A DNA stretch of 63,320 bases, counting the filler, from Octopus bimaculoides (Eukaryota), in assembly GCF_001194135.2 (NCBI RefSeq). It is 7 parts of 6 records of this genome, joined end to end, with 100 filler letters (N's around TTAATTAATTAA, not from the genome) between each part and the next. Parts side by side here need not be neighbours in the genome. Positions count along the whole stretch, not along the records: positions 19,462 to 47,574 come from NC_068983.1; 6 more parts are not named here. One strand, written 5' to 3'. The notes under the pieces are model-generated. The model was not told where the DNA came from, did no database searches, and saw nothing but the letters and a program-made list of their open reading frames with translations. Below, in pieces: positions 24,602 through 37,910 of the stretch; positions within the stretch are counted from its first letter, which is position 1; each line of letters opens with the position of its first letter. A program made the translations under genes and the position numbers.

Positions 24602-24804
24602 TATCTACACGATGGGCTTCTTTCAGTTTCCGTCTGCCAGATCCACTCAAGGCTTTGGTCGGCCCGCGGCTATAGTAGAAGACACTTGTCCACAGTGCCT
24701 CGCGGTGGGATCGAACCCGGAGTGATTGGGACGCAAACTTCTTATCTCGATTACTTCAATGTTTAGTTGTGCAGTGTTATCTTAGTTTATATTTATTAAA
24801 ATAT

Positions 24805-25125
24805 TTGCTTCCAAACCATATGGTTCCGGTTTCACTCCCACTGCGTGGTACTTTTCAGCAAGTGTCTTCTACTATAGCCTCAGGCCTACCAAAGCCTTAT
24901 AAGTAGATTTGGTAGGCGGAAACTGAAAGAAGCCCGTTGTATATGTGTGTCTCTCCACCATCGCTTGACAATGTTGGTGTGTTTACGTCCCCGTAACTCA
25001 GCAGTTCGGCAAAAGTTACCGATAGAATAAGTACTAGGCTTACAAAGAATAAGTCCTGGGGTCGATTTGATTCGACTAAAGGCGGTGCTCCAGCATGGCC
25101 GCAGTCAAATGGCTAAAACAACAAA
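24805..25125 (+). mobile_element. tRNA-derived SINE, family A
   Basis: Similarity to 7664-8055; an inverted partial copy precedes it at about 24610-24740. Confidence 0.8.
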
Positions 25126-27255
25126 AATATAATTTGTTTAGGTTACAGCTATAATTGTGGGAAGGCTCGTGGTTTGTCTGTGTTACCATGAAATGGTTAA
25201 GAGATATAAAAATATTTTGTTAAGGTTATTTCTGCAGAAATAAGAATATGTTGATAAGCTGAAGGTAGTAAATATTAAAGATTAAAGGAAGCCTTTATCG
25301 TCGAACATATCTTGAAATGCTAGTTTGTAGTTCATAATGTACACTAATACATCCGTATATGTTTTCGTGCAAACCCAGAGAGCCCTGATGCGGGGGGAGA
25401 CTGATAGTCAATTGCGTTCCAGCCACGACCACCTCGTTTGTTTGTTTTTTTATCTCTGTATCTTGGACAACATTATCAAATGTTTCATTCCTTTTAAAAG
25501 TAGGTAATGTATAATTTGAGAGAGATTTGTCGACTATTTTAGGTGGTGGAACGGCAGAGCATCGGACAAAATGCCTTGCGGTATATAGTTAATTATGGTC
25601 CTTTATGTTCAGTCAATTTTGTTTTTCACTTCACCGGAGTCACTAAAATAAAGTACCATGTAAATACTGTTGCGATTTATATTTCATTAATAAGCCCTAG
25701 ATGCGAGTGAAATTTTAATTAAAGCTTAAGGTCGCGCAACCACGTAGACACCTTACTATTTTCACGTTCACACTCGACTCCTTTGAATGAGATTATATTG
25801 AAAGGAAGTTAATAAAAGTAGTCTCCACTTGCACTCAAGAACATATCTAACCAAAACTCGTGGACGTAACCTATTTCAGATTTGTAAGTTTTGAAAATGT
25901 AGTTTAATTATTCACAATTGGAATTGAAAGAAAATATAGTTGTAGCGATTTAATAATATTATTTATTATTATTAAATTTATTAAACTAAATAATCATGCA
26001 CAAACCGCTTTACGGCAGATGGCGCTTCCAGTTGTAATCTAGAACCGAACTGTGCGCGATGGTCGTGTTTCGTCACTGACAAAAAATAGTTCTTAAACTA
26101 TTAACTGGAAATACTCCCTAATTTCTCCAGAAAGAATACCAAAGTTGCAATAAACAACAATATAATTTTTTATAATTAATTCTATCACAATAAATAATAA
26201 TTATTAAGAACATTAAATATAAATAGTGACTGAACGAAATAGAACTACTTTAATTTTTCCATACACAAGCGGCCTCACTCTCTTTCCATGTGGTGACTGC
26301 CATTAAGCTAGGTGAGGCATTTTTCACGTTAGTCTCTTTAAGCGGTTTTTTAAGTAAATATTCGGTTTTATTTCCCACTTTTGGATTTCCATTTAAGACA
26401 TTACACTCTGAAGTGTTTTGTTTATGCACTGTTATTGCTATATTATGCTGATTATATAACTTATATCCCTCAAATTGTTTTGCTGTCTTCATTGTACATG
26501 AAGCGAAAAACCATTTTGCATTTCTTATATTTTATTATATTATTAAGAGAAATTATTAGATCTGTAACCCGTCTTTCTTTTATTCTGTAAAAGCATAACT
26601 ACATAAAATAAGATCATTTATGGATAATTTTCTGTATATTTAAAATAAATCAGCAATTGTAATATTTGTAAAATTCATTTTATTTAATATATTATAACTG
26701 AAACTTACTTCAGAAATTCTGCCTCGAAACACGTGTCCGTCCTTTTAAGCGTTAATTTATAGAACATTGAACGATACACATTGTATAACGGTTGTGTATA
26801 GTGTCGAGCTTTCTTAAAAAGTTTATTATTTATGAACTAATTTGTACTAGATCGGACATTTTTTTCATACCTAGAGACTGTAAATAGGTGAAGAAAGTCT
26901 ATCGTATTTAGTCTTTCGGCAGTATTATATGCTCAGTTTTTTTGCGGGGCAGAGGGGGTTTCTCGTTTTAATAAATTCTTGGAAGATTGCATTATAAAAT
27001 ATAATTCTTTTTCTATCATTTCGAGTAGTTTTCAAATAGGTTGTTGCTTTGTATCGGTAGCATTGGTTCCGTTAACCTCTCAACCCGTTTACCATATAAA
27101 ATACCAGATTGAAAATGTGATCAGTGATTAAATTTGAATTCTTTTTAAATCTTGTGTTCAAGTACTTGTGCTTGTATTCTACACCCTGTTTCTCTATTTA
27201 CGATCATATAAATGTGAATTTGTTCTATTTATTAATTAGGCTCTAACTAGCCAAT

Positions 27256-27472
27256 ATGCCGCGTATTCCACTAGTTCAGAGTAAGACGTACGCTACTCCA
27301 AGAAGACCATTTGAAAAAGAAAGATTAGACCAAGAATTAAAGCTTATAGGAGAGTATGGTTTAAGAAACAAAAGAGAAGTATGGAGAGTAAAATATTCAC
27401 TTGCCCGCATCCGAAAAGGTGCCAGAGAATTGCTTACATTAGAAGAGAAAGATCCAAGAAGGTTGTTCGAAG
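27256..27472 (+). CDS. rps9: 40S ribosomal protein S9 (uS4), coding exon 1
   Basis: ATG at 27256 translates [72 protein letters not shown], the recognisable RPS9 N-terminus. Ends GAAG|gtaaga (phase 1); acceptor candidate tag at 27237-27239. Confidence 0.99.
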
Positions 27473-27830
27473 GTAAGATTTTTTTTATTCTTAAAAAAAA
27501 AAATTCAACTGTGTGTATTCGGTATATTAATTGTTTTGAGCATAACAACCCCATTCCTGACTTTCTTCAGAATTCTCTTAGTTGCAACATTAATAACAGT
27601 CTGTGATATTCTTTATCAATATGAAATCGGAAAGCATGGTTAAAAGACTTAAATGAATTCAGGTATCCTGGATGATATAATATACCTCCATTCTTTTTAC
27701 CATGATATTAAGTGATCATGGCTAAAAACGGTATAAACCTCTCTAAATTGAAAAAGGACTTCGTTAAAAAAAAAACATGCATTATTAAGAAAATTACAAA
27801 GAAATAGCTGGGAGGTGTGTCCTATCTTAA

Positions 27831-28091
<261 letters not shown>

Positions 28092-29439
28092 TGAGTCCGC
28101 ACTTTGACAATCATTAATTCTTGGTATTTTGAAGTGTTTTATATGTTCCATTTTTTACTACAAACAACATAGGCGTGGCTGTGTGAAGAGAAGCTTGCTT
28201 CCCAACTTCGTGGTTTGGGGTTCTGTGTGGTGCCTTGGGAGCAGATTTGGTTGGAAGTAGCCTGTCGTATATGTGTGTGTGTGTGCGCGCGCGTCCATGT
28301 TTACGTCCCCATAACAGTTCAACAAAAGATGTTGATAGAATAATTACCAGGCTTTGAAAAAAAGGTATTGGTGTCAATACATATGATTAAAAATTCTTCA
28401 GGGTGGTACCCTAAGCATGGTTGCAGTCTAGTAAAGGATAACACTCAATAGCCTTTCCAAATTCAGCCAAACTCGATGGATAACTCCTACATCCCTTATA
28501 TTAGTCTGCTTGACACTGATGCAATATCCTTGGTTGTTTTATATGGTTATGGATTTGAATGTAGAAAGTAATTTCTTTATCATTGATTGAAAACATAAAC
28601 TGGATTCTGATATCAGCTCTTATTTTTGAAAGAGCTTATTCATTGGCTTTAGTCAACAAAATTATTCTAGCTTTTTGCTTCATCTAAAGACAATGGTTTA
28701 TCACTATTGATAAAACAAAACCCATGAGGAAGCCTGTCGTTGCTCAACCTCTTGGAATGAGTCCTAACATTTGCAAAAGTGACCCAACTAACATAAAGTG
28801 GTTACAATTGAGTTGGGTGAATATGTATGATCCAAGAACAAATTTGTTTAAAATGGACTGATTAGACAACAATGATCTTGCAATCATAATCAATAGAATA
28901 AATTAAAATGACAAAAAATCATTTTTAAAATGAATGTTTGGGATACAACTAATTACAAAACCACTCCCCTTCCCAGGAAGTGTAGTTTCAGTTGTTGCTT
29001 CTATCCAAACTCCTTATGTAGCTATCACACTGCCAAACTCTCTAGTCTCTTCTACTCTTTTATGACTCATAAAGATGACAACATTGAACTGTCAAACAGC
29101 TTAAATTATATATATACTAAAAGATTTTGATAGGTTTTAGGCTTTCTTGCACACATTTGATATAATATTCATGGATATATATAGTTCTAGTTAATATTCA
29201 TAATGTTATAATAGTAATTTTAGTTCCAAAATATCAATAAAAAGGTATTTCCTTTGTAGAGATTAGGACAAATTATATTTCAGATATAGTATTCAAGAAT
29301 TTATTGATGATGATGAATGAAAACAGTGTAATTAATAAACATTATGCACCTTAGAATCTAAGTATTTCAGTTGACTGCTGGGAAGGCTTAACATTATTCA
29401 AAAGAAGAAACACTTTGTTTAGAAGGCTTATTGGACAGA

Positions 29440-29990
29440 CAACTGCAGGGGTCCTTAGCTGGGAGTAAGCTTCTATACCTTGTATTTGTCGATATGGAGA
29501 TCAGCAAATGCTACCCTCTGTTGTCTGCTGGTCTCAAAGAATACTAGGTGTGGATGAATGGTTTGAGAAAGTCAGCAAGGAGTTGGCAACAAATTTCAAG
29601 AGCAGATACCAATCAGGTTTCAGTTCTCTAGTCCTTTTCTGTATGCCAGCAATCTAGTTTATTGGAAAATTTAGGGAAGAAATTTTAAATGTAGAAACAT
29701 GCTTTAGAATAGATAAAAGTTTTACTTAGTTGCAAAGAAAACAACTCAGACTTCTAGGAAGTGGCTGTGTTCAATATATAGAGGAGTGGGTGGGAATTCC
29801 ATACAGTGTGAAGGGTCACAACCAGTTCTGTGGGACCTCATGCACAGGAGCAGTTAGTAAGAAACTGAATTGTTTCAAATGCCCTAAAGCCTCTGGAGAA
29901 GTGGTTCATAACTTATCTAAGGGCCTAATTAGCAATGAAGGTGAATGTTCGAGTGAAAAGCTGGGTATAAAACTGATGCAGCTTCCAATC
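29440..29990 (+). mobile_element. heavily decayed RTE fragment in an rps9 intron
   Basis: cttctataccttgtatttgtcgatatggag (LYLVFVDME) and actaggtgtggatgaatggtttg resemble 53500-53540; boundaries approximate. Confidence 0.6.
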
Positions 29991-30189
29991 TGTGCAAATA
30001 GGAAAAAAGGGATAAAATAGATTATAATGATGATGTCAATAAGTTGACATTTTACCTGTTATAGTTTTAATTTTTTTAAAGTTGAAGCTGATGTATATTT
30101 TAGAATATGCAGCTGTAATGGTTGCACTTGATAATTATGAGATGAATATGTTAACTGTATTCGTACAACATGCATCCAAATAATTTTGA

Positions 30190-30351
<162 letters not shown>

Positions 30352-30801
30352 TAGCAACTGGTTATATTTGTCATATTTTATGCTACATATAAAAGTGTGT
30401 ACAGCTCCAATAAGATATATGACTTTGTAGCATTGTCTCTGATGTTGGCAGTATAGGGTGTCTTAATTTGGTAATGGAAAGGGATAATTATTAGTAAGTA
30501 CTCAAGATTAGATTTAATCAGTCTTGTATTCAAATTTCTCGGTTTACCAAAGTTATTTGTACATGAATTCTTAATGTTGATTGAAATTAAGCTGTGTTGA
30601 ATTGGCTTGATCAATTGGTATTACACACATACATCTTTAGTTTTGTGATCATGTTGTGGGCAGTTCCTAATGTTCTGTTAGATCCTTATATTTCAGTGAA
30701 GCATTGTATCACACTACAAGTTATGTTCTATTAATGCTTTAAAAAAAAAAGCTGCTACATGTTAAACTGATGAGTAATATTTCATATCTTTCTTTACTCA
30801 G

Positions 30802-30869
30802 GTCGTGTTAAGAGGAAAAACATGAGAAAAGCACAAGGTGGTGGAGCAGCTGATGAAGAAGAAGATTAG
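30802..30869 (+). CDS. rps9: RPS9 terminal coding exon
   Basis: tttactcag|GT CGT gives (G)RVKRKNMRKAQGGGAADEEED-TAG. The four exons total 217+187+104+68 = 576 nt, i.e. 191 aa plus stop. Confidence 0.98.
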
Positions 30870-30900
30870 GTCAAAATGGGGGCACATTATTCAGCAGGCA

Positions 30901-30906
30901 AATAAA
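30901..30906 (+). terminator. polyadenylation signal of rps9
   Basis: AATAAA 32 nt after the stop codon, followed by T-rich sequence. Confidence 0.8.
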
Positions 30907-32144
30907 GTCACCATTTTGATATATGATTCAAGGCTTTTTTTCTTTCTTTATGCTTAATACACCTTCACCTTCCATACAGTGGGGCTGAAACTTTGAGAAA
31001 AAATTTAACCACACAGCCATAGCTGTGCTGAATATACAATATATATATATACATGAATCATTGTTAACATCCACTTTTCCATTTCCATATGGATCAGAGA
31101 AACTTTGAGGCAGATTGTTTGTGGCTTTCTGTCAACCTACACCTGTCTCTGTGGCCAGGCAGGTTTTCAGATTCAAAATGAAGGACACTAGTTACAAAAG
31201 AGAAACATTCATTTCCAACTATCACATGATGTCAGGGCAACCACATACAACAGGCTTCTTTCAGCCCAAGGCTGAATATATATGTATATACGAGAAATAA
31301 GCATTGACACAAGTTTATATTATGGTTCCTGAGCATGTTTCATTATGATTGTTTGGAGCCCTGCGATAGATGTTTAGTGGGCATTTAGATGCTCGACCAT
31401 AATGGCTCATTAGGGAATGCCTTATTGCATTAATGTGCAGTTGTACTCAACTTTTATATATATACAATGTAGGTGTGCAAGGATGAAATTATCCAGGCAA
31501 GTACCAGGGTAGCTCTTGGGTATGTTCCAGGTTATGGCTAACCACTTAAAAATTGTAACAAGAATCAATGATCGCAAAGTATTAGCAGCCTCGCTGTAAT
31601 TCTTCTGATGACTAACTCTAGGTTCACATATATATATATATATATACATACACACACACACACACAATAGGCTTCAACACAGTAGTTGCACTAATTCTCA
31701 CTCCCAAGTTATTAGTCAACTTTAGTCCAGCATAGACAATGCATGTTAGATGATGAGGCTACAAAATGGGATAAAACCTAGAAACACATGGTTCCAAGTG
31801 AATTTCTTTACCACTTAGCTATGACTGGTATCTTATTTTCCAGTAGAAAAGTGAAACCCTTCTTTCTTGTAGAGATTTGTATAGCAGACCATTACAACTC
31901 TAGTTCCATTGGCTTATTTGATGAGAATATCATCATGGTCAGAAAGCCTCTAGAGTGCTTCAAGTTCAAATAGGGATGTTTGGATAATTATGTTTATTGA
32001 GGTTGAAGTCCCATTGCTTCGTCGCCATAAGGCTGCCAAAGTATGCTCAATGTCTCTGTAGTAGACTTCCCATGTTTAACACAAAATTTCACATTGGCTC
32101 TTTGTTCCAACTTCCTGTCCATAACAAAAATCATAGACTACAGC

Positions 32145-32505
32145 ATACTGTTGTTGGCACTCCGTCGCTTACGACGTCGAGGGTTCCAGTCGATCCGATG
32201 AACGGAACAGCCTGCTTGTGAAATTAACGTGCAAGTGGCTGAGCACTCCACAGACATGTGTACCCTTAACGTAGTTCTCGGGGATATTCAGTGTGACAAG
32301 TTTGGCCTTTTGAAATACAGGCACAACAGAAACAGGAAGGAAGAGTGAGAAAAAGTTGTGCTGAAAGAGTACAACAGGGTTTGCCACTATCCCCTGCCAG
32401 AGCCTTAGGTGTTTTCGCTCAATAAACACTCAAAACACCCAGTCTGGGAATCGAAATCGCAAGTCCGCTGCCCTAATCACTGGGCCATTGCGCCTCCACA
32501 CTACA
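32145..32505 (-). mobile_element. tRNA-derived SINE, family C
   Basis: Reverse-complement match to 40412-40797. Confidence 0.85.
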
Positions 32506-33301
32506 GCGTGCATGTGATTACAAAAACACAAATTTCACAACTTCAAAGTGTAACACAGCAATGTCACTTGGCACACTGCCTCATGAAGGTCACTGCTAGC
32601 TCTCACTGCACATGCAACCATCTGTTGGCATGCTACTAGCCCAGGAACTTCTTGGTGCCACTTCATATTGGCAAGTATATTGAACGTGTTCAACTTCTTT
32701 GTCAGGACAATGCTTGATTATCTACCAAGTATAGGTCATTGGAATGCTAATCACAGCATGCGATGCGATGAAATGTGTGGATGTAATGGATATATAAGGA
32801 AGGGCTACAATCTTATGACTGTAGACAAGCATTTTAAATCTCATAATCAAGCATCAACATTTTTGTTATCAGATATCAGAGTTTAAAAGATTTAAACAAA
32901 ATGATGTGAATATGTTGGAATGTATACAGAAAATCAGCTTTTTAATTTTTTAGAATTTACCTCCATTTCTACAATGCATCACAGGTGACAATTACATTAT
33001 GAAAACCTGTAAGAGTGTATTTAATCTACTAGCAACACAAAGAACTGAAAAGGATCATGTCACTGTCTAAATTATTCAGACAAAAATGATCATTTTATTC
33101 TCATCACCTGACTTGTTTTTTTTTGATGAAGCTGAGCAATGTTATATTTTATTTCTTCAAAGATATTGCACGAGTGCTTTTGATTTAGCCTCAGTCAAAT
33201 AATGAGGTCAATCAATGATTATGTAGCCTACTAAATAATCATTGAAGTGATCCAAGGTGCAGAAACGAAATGGGAAACTTGCTAACAAAAAGCATCTTCA
33301 A

Positions 33302-33512
33302 TCCTTTAACATTGAGATTACTCTGTTAAACATGTTGCTTATTTATTCACATTGTTTTGAATTAACCATGCATTATCATATAGCTTCATGACATTGATGA
33401 TGTGAATGTTTTTAGAATGACATCATAGGGTAGGTGTGAGAGGCTGGATCTAGTCAGTTTGAATATAAAACAGAATATTGGGTTAGATATAGCTGGTTTA
33501 AATGTTAAAGGA
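33302..33512. mobile_element. piggyBac-like MITE copy
   Basis: Internal similarity to 2792-3003. Confidence 0.6.
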
Positions 33513-34376
33513 TTGATGCAAATTTTTCTGAATGAAAACAAAAATATTTTATTTTAAAATTTATTACTGCAATAATTTATGTCAGATGTAATACTTTATG
33601 AATTTAGTAAAAAAATCTCCATGGAATATACCACATCTTTAATTATGCTAGCAATTAGTCACCCAGCTTTTTAAATCAATTGAATCAATGGCATATAAAT
33701 AATTTAGATATAACTTGCTTTCTGATTTTACTGGATTTTGTTAAACAATATCTTACAGAAAATAGATACCATTAGTGACTGTATATAATCTATATAGAGT
33801 TATAAACAATTCTTTTCTATTCTCGGCACAAGGCCTGAAATTTTGTGGGAGGGGAACCAGTCGATTAGATCGACCCCGAAAGGATGAAAGGTAAAGTCGA
33901 CCTCGGCGGAATTTGAACTCAGAACGTAAAGACAGATGAAATACCGCTAAGCATTTCGCCCAGCATGCTAACGTTTCTGCCAGCTCGCCACCTTAGAGTT
34001 ATAAACAATTGTAGAACCTTTCAACCATTGGTAGAAATGAAATGAGTCGACAGTATAATTATTAACTAATGTCTACCTTGTACTAAGACAACTTGGGTTT
34101 TTACCTTTATGATGTAACTGAAAAGTTGACTCAGGGATTACAGAGGTAAAGCGAAAAGAAAATCTAAAGGAAAATACACTCAAATTATATGTATGCTGAT
34201 TCTATTCAACTGAGTTCAGTTTTGAGTTGAGAGATGATTTGTGTAGATCTGTAATGTTGAAAATCTGTTTAAATTGAAATATTTCATTCCTGCCATATTT
34301 TTTTACAAAATAGAACAAGCTGTAAGACCAAAGGCATTGGCAATGCCTTCTTCTGTGATGATAGTTGTTTCCTTCA

Positions 34377-34382
34377 TTTATT
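34377..34382 (-). terminator. polyadenylation signal of the minus-strand gene
   Basis: AATAAA on the minus strand about 85 nt after the TAG. Confidence 0.55.
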
Positions 34383-34466
34383 CAAAGCTTCTTGTCAGTT
34401 TTTCTTTTTTTTTTTCTATTTTGTCCATACAAAATAAATACAGTAGCCAATATTGAAATTTAAGAA

Positions 34467-34506
34467 CTATAATATTGGAAGAGACTTCTTGTTTGGTGAG
34501 AGATAT
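34467..34506 (-). CDS. flavin-reductase-like fusion gene, terminal exon H
   Basis: ttattttcag|A TAT gives (R)YLSPNKKSLPIL-TAG after a 106-nt intron. Confidence 0.8.
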
Positions 34507-34612
34507 CTGAAAATAAACAAATACATTAGAAATTTTATAGGGATAAAAGAAATATTGCAAATGGACTCTTTCATTTCTAAGAGATTGTGAATAAAAAAGT
34601 ACAAGTGTTTAC

Positions 34613-34797
34613 CTTCTTCTAGACTCTTCAGACAATATAATATCTTCACTGTAATATTTAAATAGCAATTCTTGTGGTTTTACAAATTCTTCATTTTTCA
34701 GAAGAAATTCTTCAAAAGTGTTAATATGGCTAGTTTCAGTTTTCAAAGCATTCTGTACCATGTCTATATAAAACCGGATCACAGTTTCATGCCAATT
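34613..34797 (-). CDS. flavin-reductase-like fusion gene, exon G (185 nt)
   Basis: ttgttttatag|AAT ... AGA AG|gtaaac gives NWHETVIRFYIDMVQNALKTETSHINTFEEFLLKNEEFVKPQELLFKYYSEDIILSEESRR; 61 open codons in very AT-rich DNA. Confidence 0.88.
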
Positions 34798-36623
34798 CTA
34801 TAAAACAATATAAGTAATAACAAACATTTAATTTTTACAAAGTTTGTAAAGTGATTCATTCTCAAGTAGCTATATCTTATTGATATTTATAAAAATTTGT
34901 TTAAGTCTCAAGGCCTGACACTATAGGAAATGTTTTCAAAATTTATAAGTACGATTAACTATATCTGGGTTCAAATAACTTGATATTAGAGTTTAAAATT
35001 GAACAACATTTATATTTGTTTTTTTATCATCATCATCATCATTTAACATCCATTTTCCATGCTGGCAAAAGTTGCTCTAGTGTCTGCTTTGGCATGGTTT
35101 TAACACCTCTTTGCCCTTCCTAATGCCAACCACTTTACAGTATGTACTGGGTGCTTTATTTTCATGCCAAAAACACCACTAAGATCACCATGTTGCTTGG
35201 AAGACTACAAACCCTGATGAAGCAGCTTTACACTCGGAAATAAAGGATAAAAGTATTGGACAAGGAGCCAGAGCAGAAGAGGTTTCTTGCTGTAGTTTCT
35301 ATTCAAGTTATTTACTGTACAACATTCCATTGATATTATAATGAACACAGATTCAGTAACATGACTATTCACATTTTTAAAAAGTGGATGAAAATAAATT
35401 AGGTGGGACTGAAAAGTGATATGAATAATAGCGATGAGATGTCAGGCTGGTCCTTTAAGAAAGGTATGCAAAAATAACTTTCTTTGGCACACACACACAG
35501 TTAAAGTTCTATATGAATTATATTATTTCTTGCTGTGCACAAAATTACAGCTCAAATCCTATGGAAATTACCTTTTCCTATTCTACCATTCCTGTTTGTA
35601 AGGAGCAAATTTCAAAACCTGATCTTCCATTTAAACTTACAAGGAAGTTATCTTAGAAATCCTGTCTTTTACCTGTTGTTTCTAGCATGTCCAAGATGAC
35701 ATTTGAGTACCCCACCCCTTATTTCTTTTCTCAATTTACGCACATTCCTATGTTTTCCATACAGGAGATTTGCATTTCACCCGAAAGCGAGTAGCTGATG
35801 GGTGACTGAGGTGGGGGAAGGAGCATTCAGTATTTCTTTCAGAAAAATTAAAATTTCAATAACAAATTATATTTCCAAGATTCATAATATCTGTATTTTC
35901 CCACATAGATAAAAAAACAAAATTCGAAAAACAAATAAAAAATTAGGAAATTTAGGTGGGGAGGGGGGGAATTATAATTTTGAAAATGTGATTTCTGGGC
36001 AAAATCATATTAACCCCTTTTCATTTGATGAAACAGTACATAGTTTGTGATCCTTCTTAAGAACATAAATCACTTTCATGCAAATTGTACTCTCCCCCCT
36101 TCACTTCTGGACATACAATAACTTCCATTACACCAGCAATCCACTCCACCAAGTATCAGCTAACAGAATGCATTATGCTTATCAACACAGAACATAGCCA
36201 AATCATTCAGAGTTTACCGTTTCTTCTCAAAATAACGGTATACAAATTGACTTATGAATTTTTCCACACCTCTTCATTCGTTACTAAAAAATTAAGTTAT
36301 ACAATGCACAACTTCAAATTGCTCTGTTTTCCATCTTATATGTTCCTTAATTGTTCGCTCTTCTCAGCCATACCACCAAAACAAATACATTCTTATTTAT
36401 CTCCACAAAGAAAACTGCCTCTATTCATGCTCAAGAAAACTCACTTCAGTGATGCCCAAATGTGCAATATTTCAAAATGATCACCAACAGCGGAGTTTCT
36501 ACTCCAAACTACACTTATTGTCTGGGATGAATGCGCAATGGCACACCGTGGTGCACTAGAAACCCTAGATCGGTCACTAAGGGATAATAGAAACAATACT
36601 GCCATTATGGGAGGCTTAACTTA

Positions 36624-37200
36624 ACTGAGTCTAATTGCATGCAATTAGACTCAGTAAGTTTGTGAGGAACCCACTGACCCAATTTGCTAACTTTTCCAAA
36701 GGTATGCAGGTGTCGATGAATGGTTGACTGACCAAATCAAAGCTTCTTTGCTAGTTCCTCAACAGTTACAATAGGATTTTTTTCCACCAGGGTTTGCAGG
36801 ATGTCCTCGTCGAGCTCTACAGATCTTCCAGGATGAGGCTCATCTTCTAGGTTGTAGTTTCCGGCTTGGAATTTCTGGAACCACCGTTAACACTGGCTTA
36901 CACTTATTGTCCAATCCCCATATACTGCATTAATATTCCTCACACTTTCCATTGCGTTGTTGCCTTTATTGAACTCATGAAGCAAAATATGCCGAATATG
37001 CTCCTTTGTCACTTACATTATAGCTTTGAAAAAGATAACTGTTAAAACTGAACTGCACTCTTCAAAATTTGTACCAAGAATAAGCACAAGGTAAAATTAC
37101 TATCTGCTTTTATAGTAAATTGATGCAATTTTATTCTGTCTCCCTCTGACTTTTAGTTCATGCAATTGAAAAAAACCACATTATTTATGGGATGACCCAA
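36624..37200 (-). mobile_element. mariner transposon 5-prime half (pseudogene)
   Basis: TA + TTGGGTCATCCCATAAATAATG terminal repeat at 37200; VTKEHIRHILLHEFNKG...GKVSKLGQWVPHKLTE with stops; WVPHxL is the mariner linker motif. Confidence 0.88.
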
Positions 37201-37377
37201 TATTTTTAAAATTAATTGAAGTACATAGAATGCATTTTCATTAAAAATATTGTCACAAAAGAGCCAACTAACTGGAGTATCTTTTCATGGAGTCCTAAAA
37301 AACAACATAATTCTTTTTTTTTTTTTTTCCTTGAAACAGTTTTAAAAAGTAATTTTTGAAAATTCTTAGTAACTTAC

Positions 37378-37414
37378 AGAATCATTTATTGGAATATTCT
37401 TTTGCAAGTTTTCT
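37378..37414 (-). CDS. flavin-reductase-like fusion gene, exon F (37 nt)
   Basis: tttttcag|A ... TCT|gtaagt gives (R)ENLQKNIPINDS; supplies the phase 2 to 0 link needed between exons E and G. Confidence 0.75.
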
Positions 37415-37514
37415 CTGAAAAATAAAAATAAAACAAAAATATATTTATTACCATAAATATGCATGTCATACATAAGAGCATTATGTTGTACTTGACTTCA
37501 AAATACAGTGTTTT

Positions 37515-37910
37515 ACTCTTTTATTTGTTTCAGTCATTTGACTGCGGCCATGCTGGAGCACCGCCTTTAGTCGAGAAAATCGACCCCAGGGCTTATTCTT
37601 TGGAAGCCTAGTACTTATTCTATCGGTCTCTTTTGCCGAACCACTTAGTTACGGGTACGTAAACACACCAGCATCGGTTGTCAAGCGATGTTGAGAGACA
37701 AACACAGACACACAAACACACACACATATATATATACATATATACGATGGGCTTCTTTCAGTTTCCATCTACCAAATCTACTCACAAGGCTTTGGTTGGC
37801 CCAAGGCTATAGTAGAAGACACTTGCCCAAGGTGCCACGCAGTGGGACTGAACCCATAAAACCATGTGGTTGGTAAGCAAGCTACCTTACCACACAGCCA
37901 CTCCTGCGCC
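37515..37910 (-). mobile_element. tRNA-derived SINE, family A
   Basis: Full-length reverse-complement match to 7664-8055. Confidence 0.85.
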
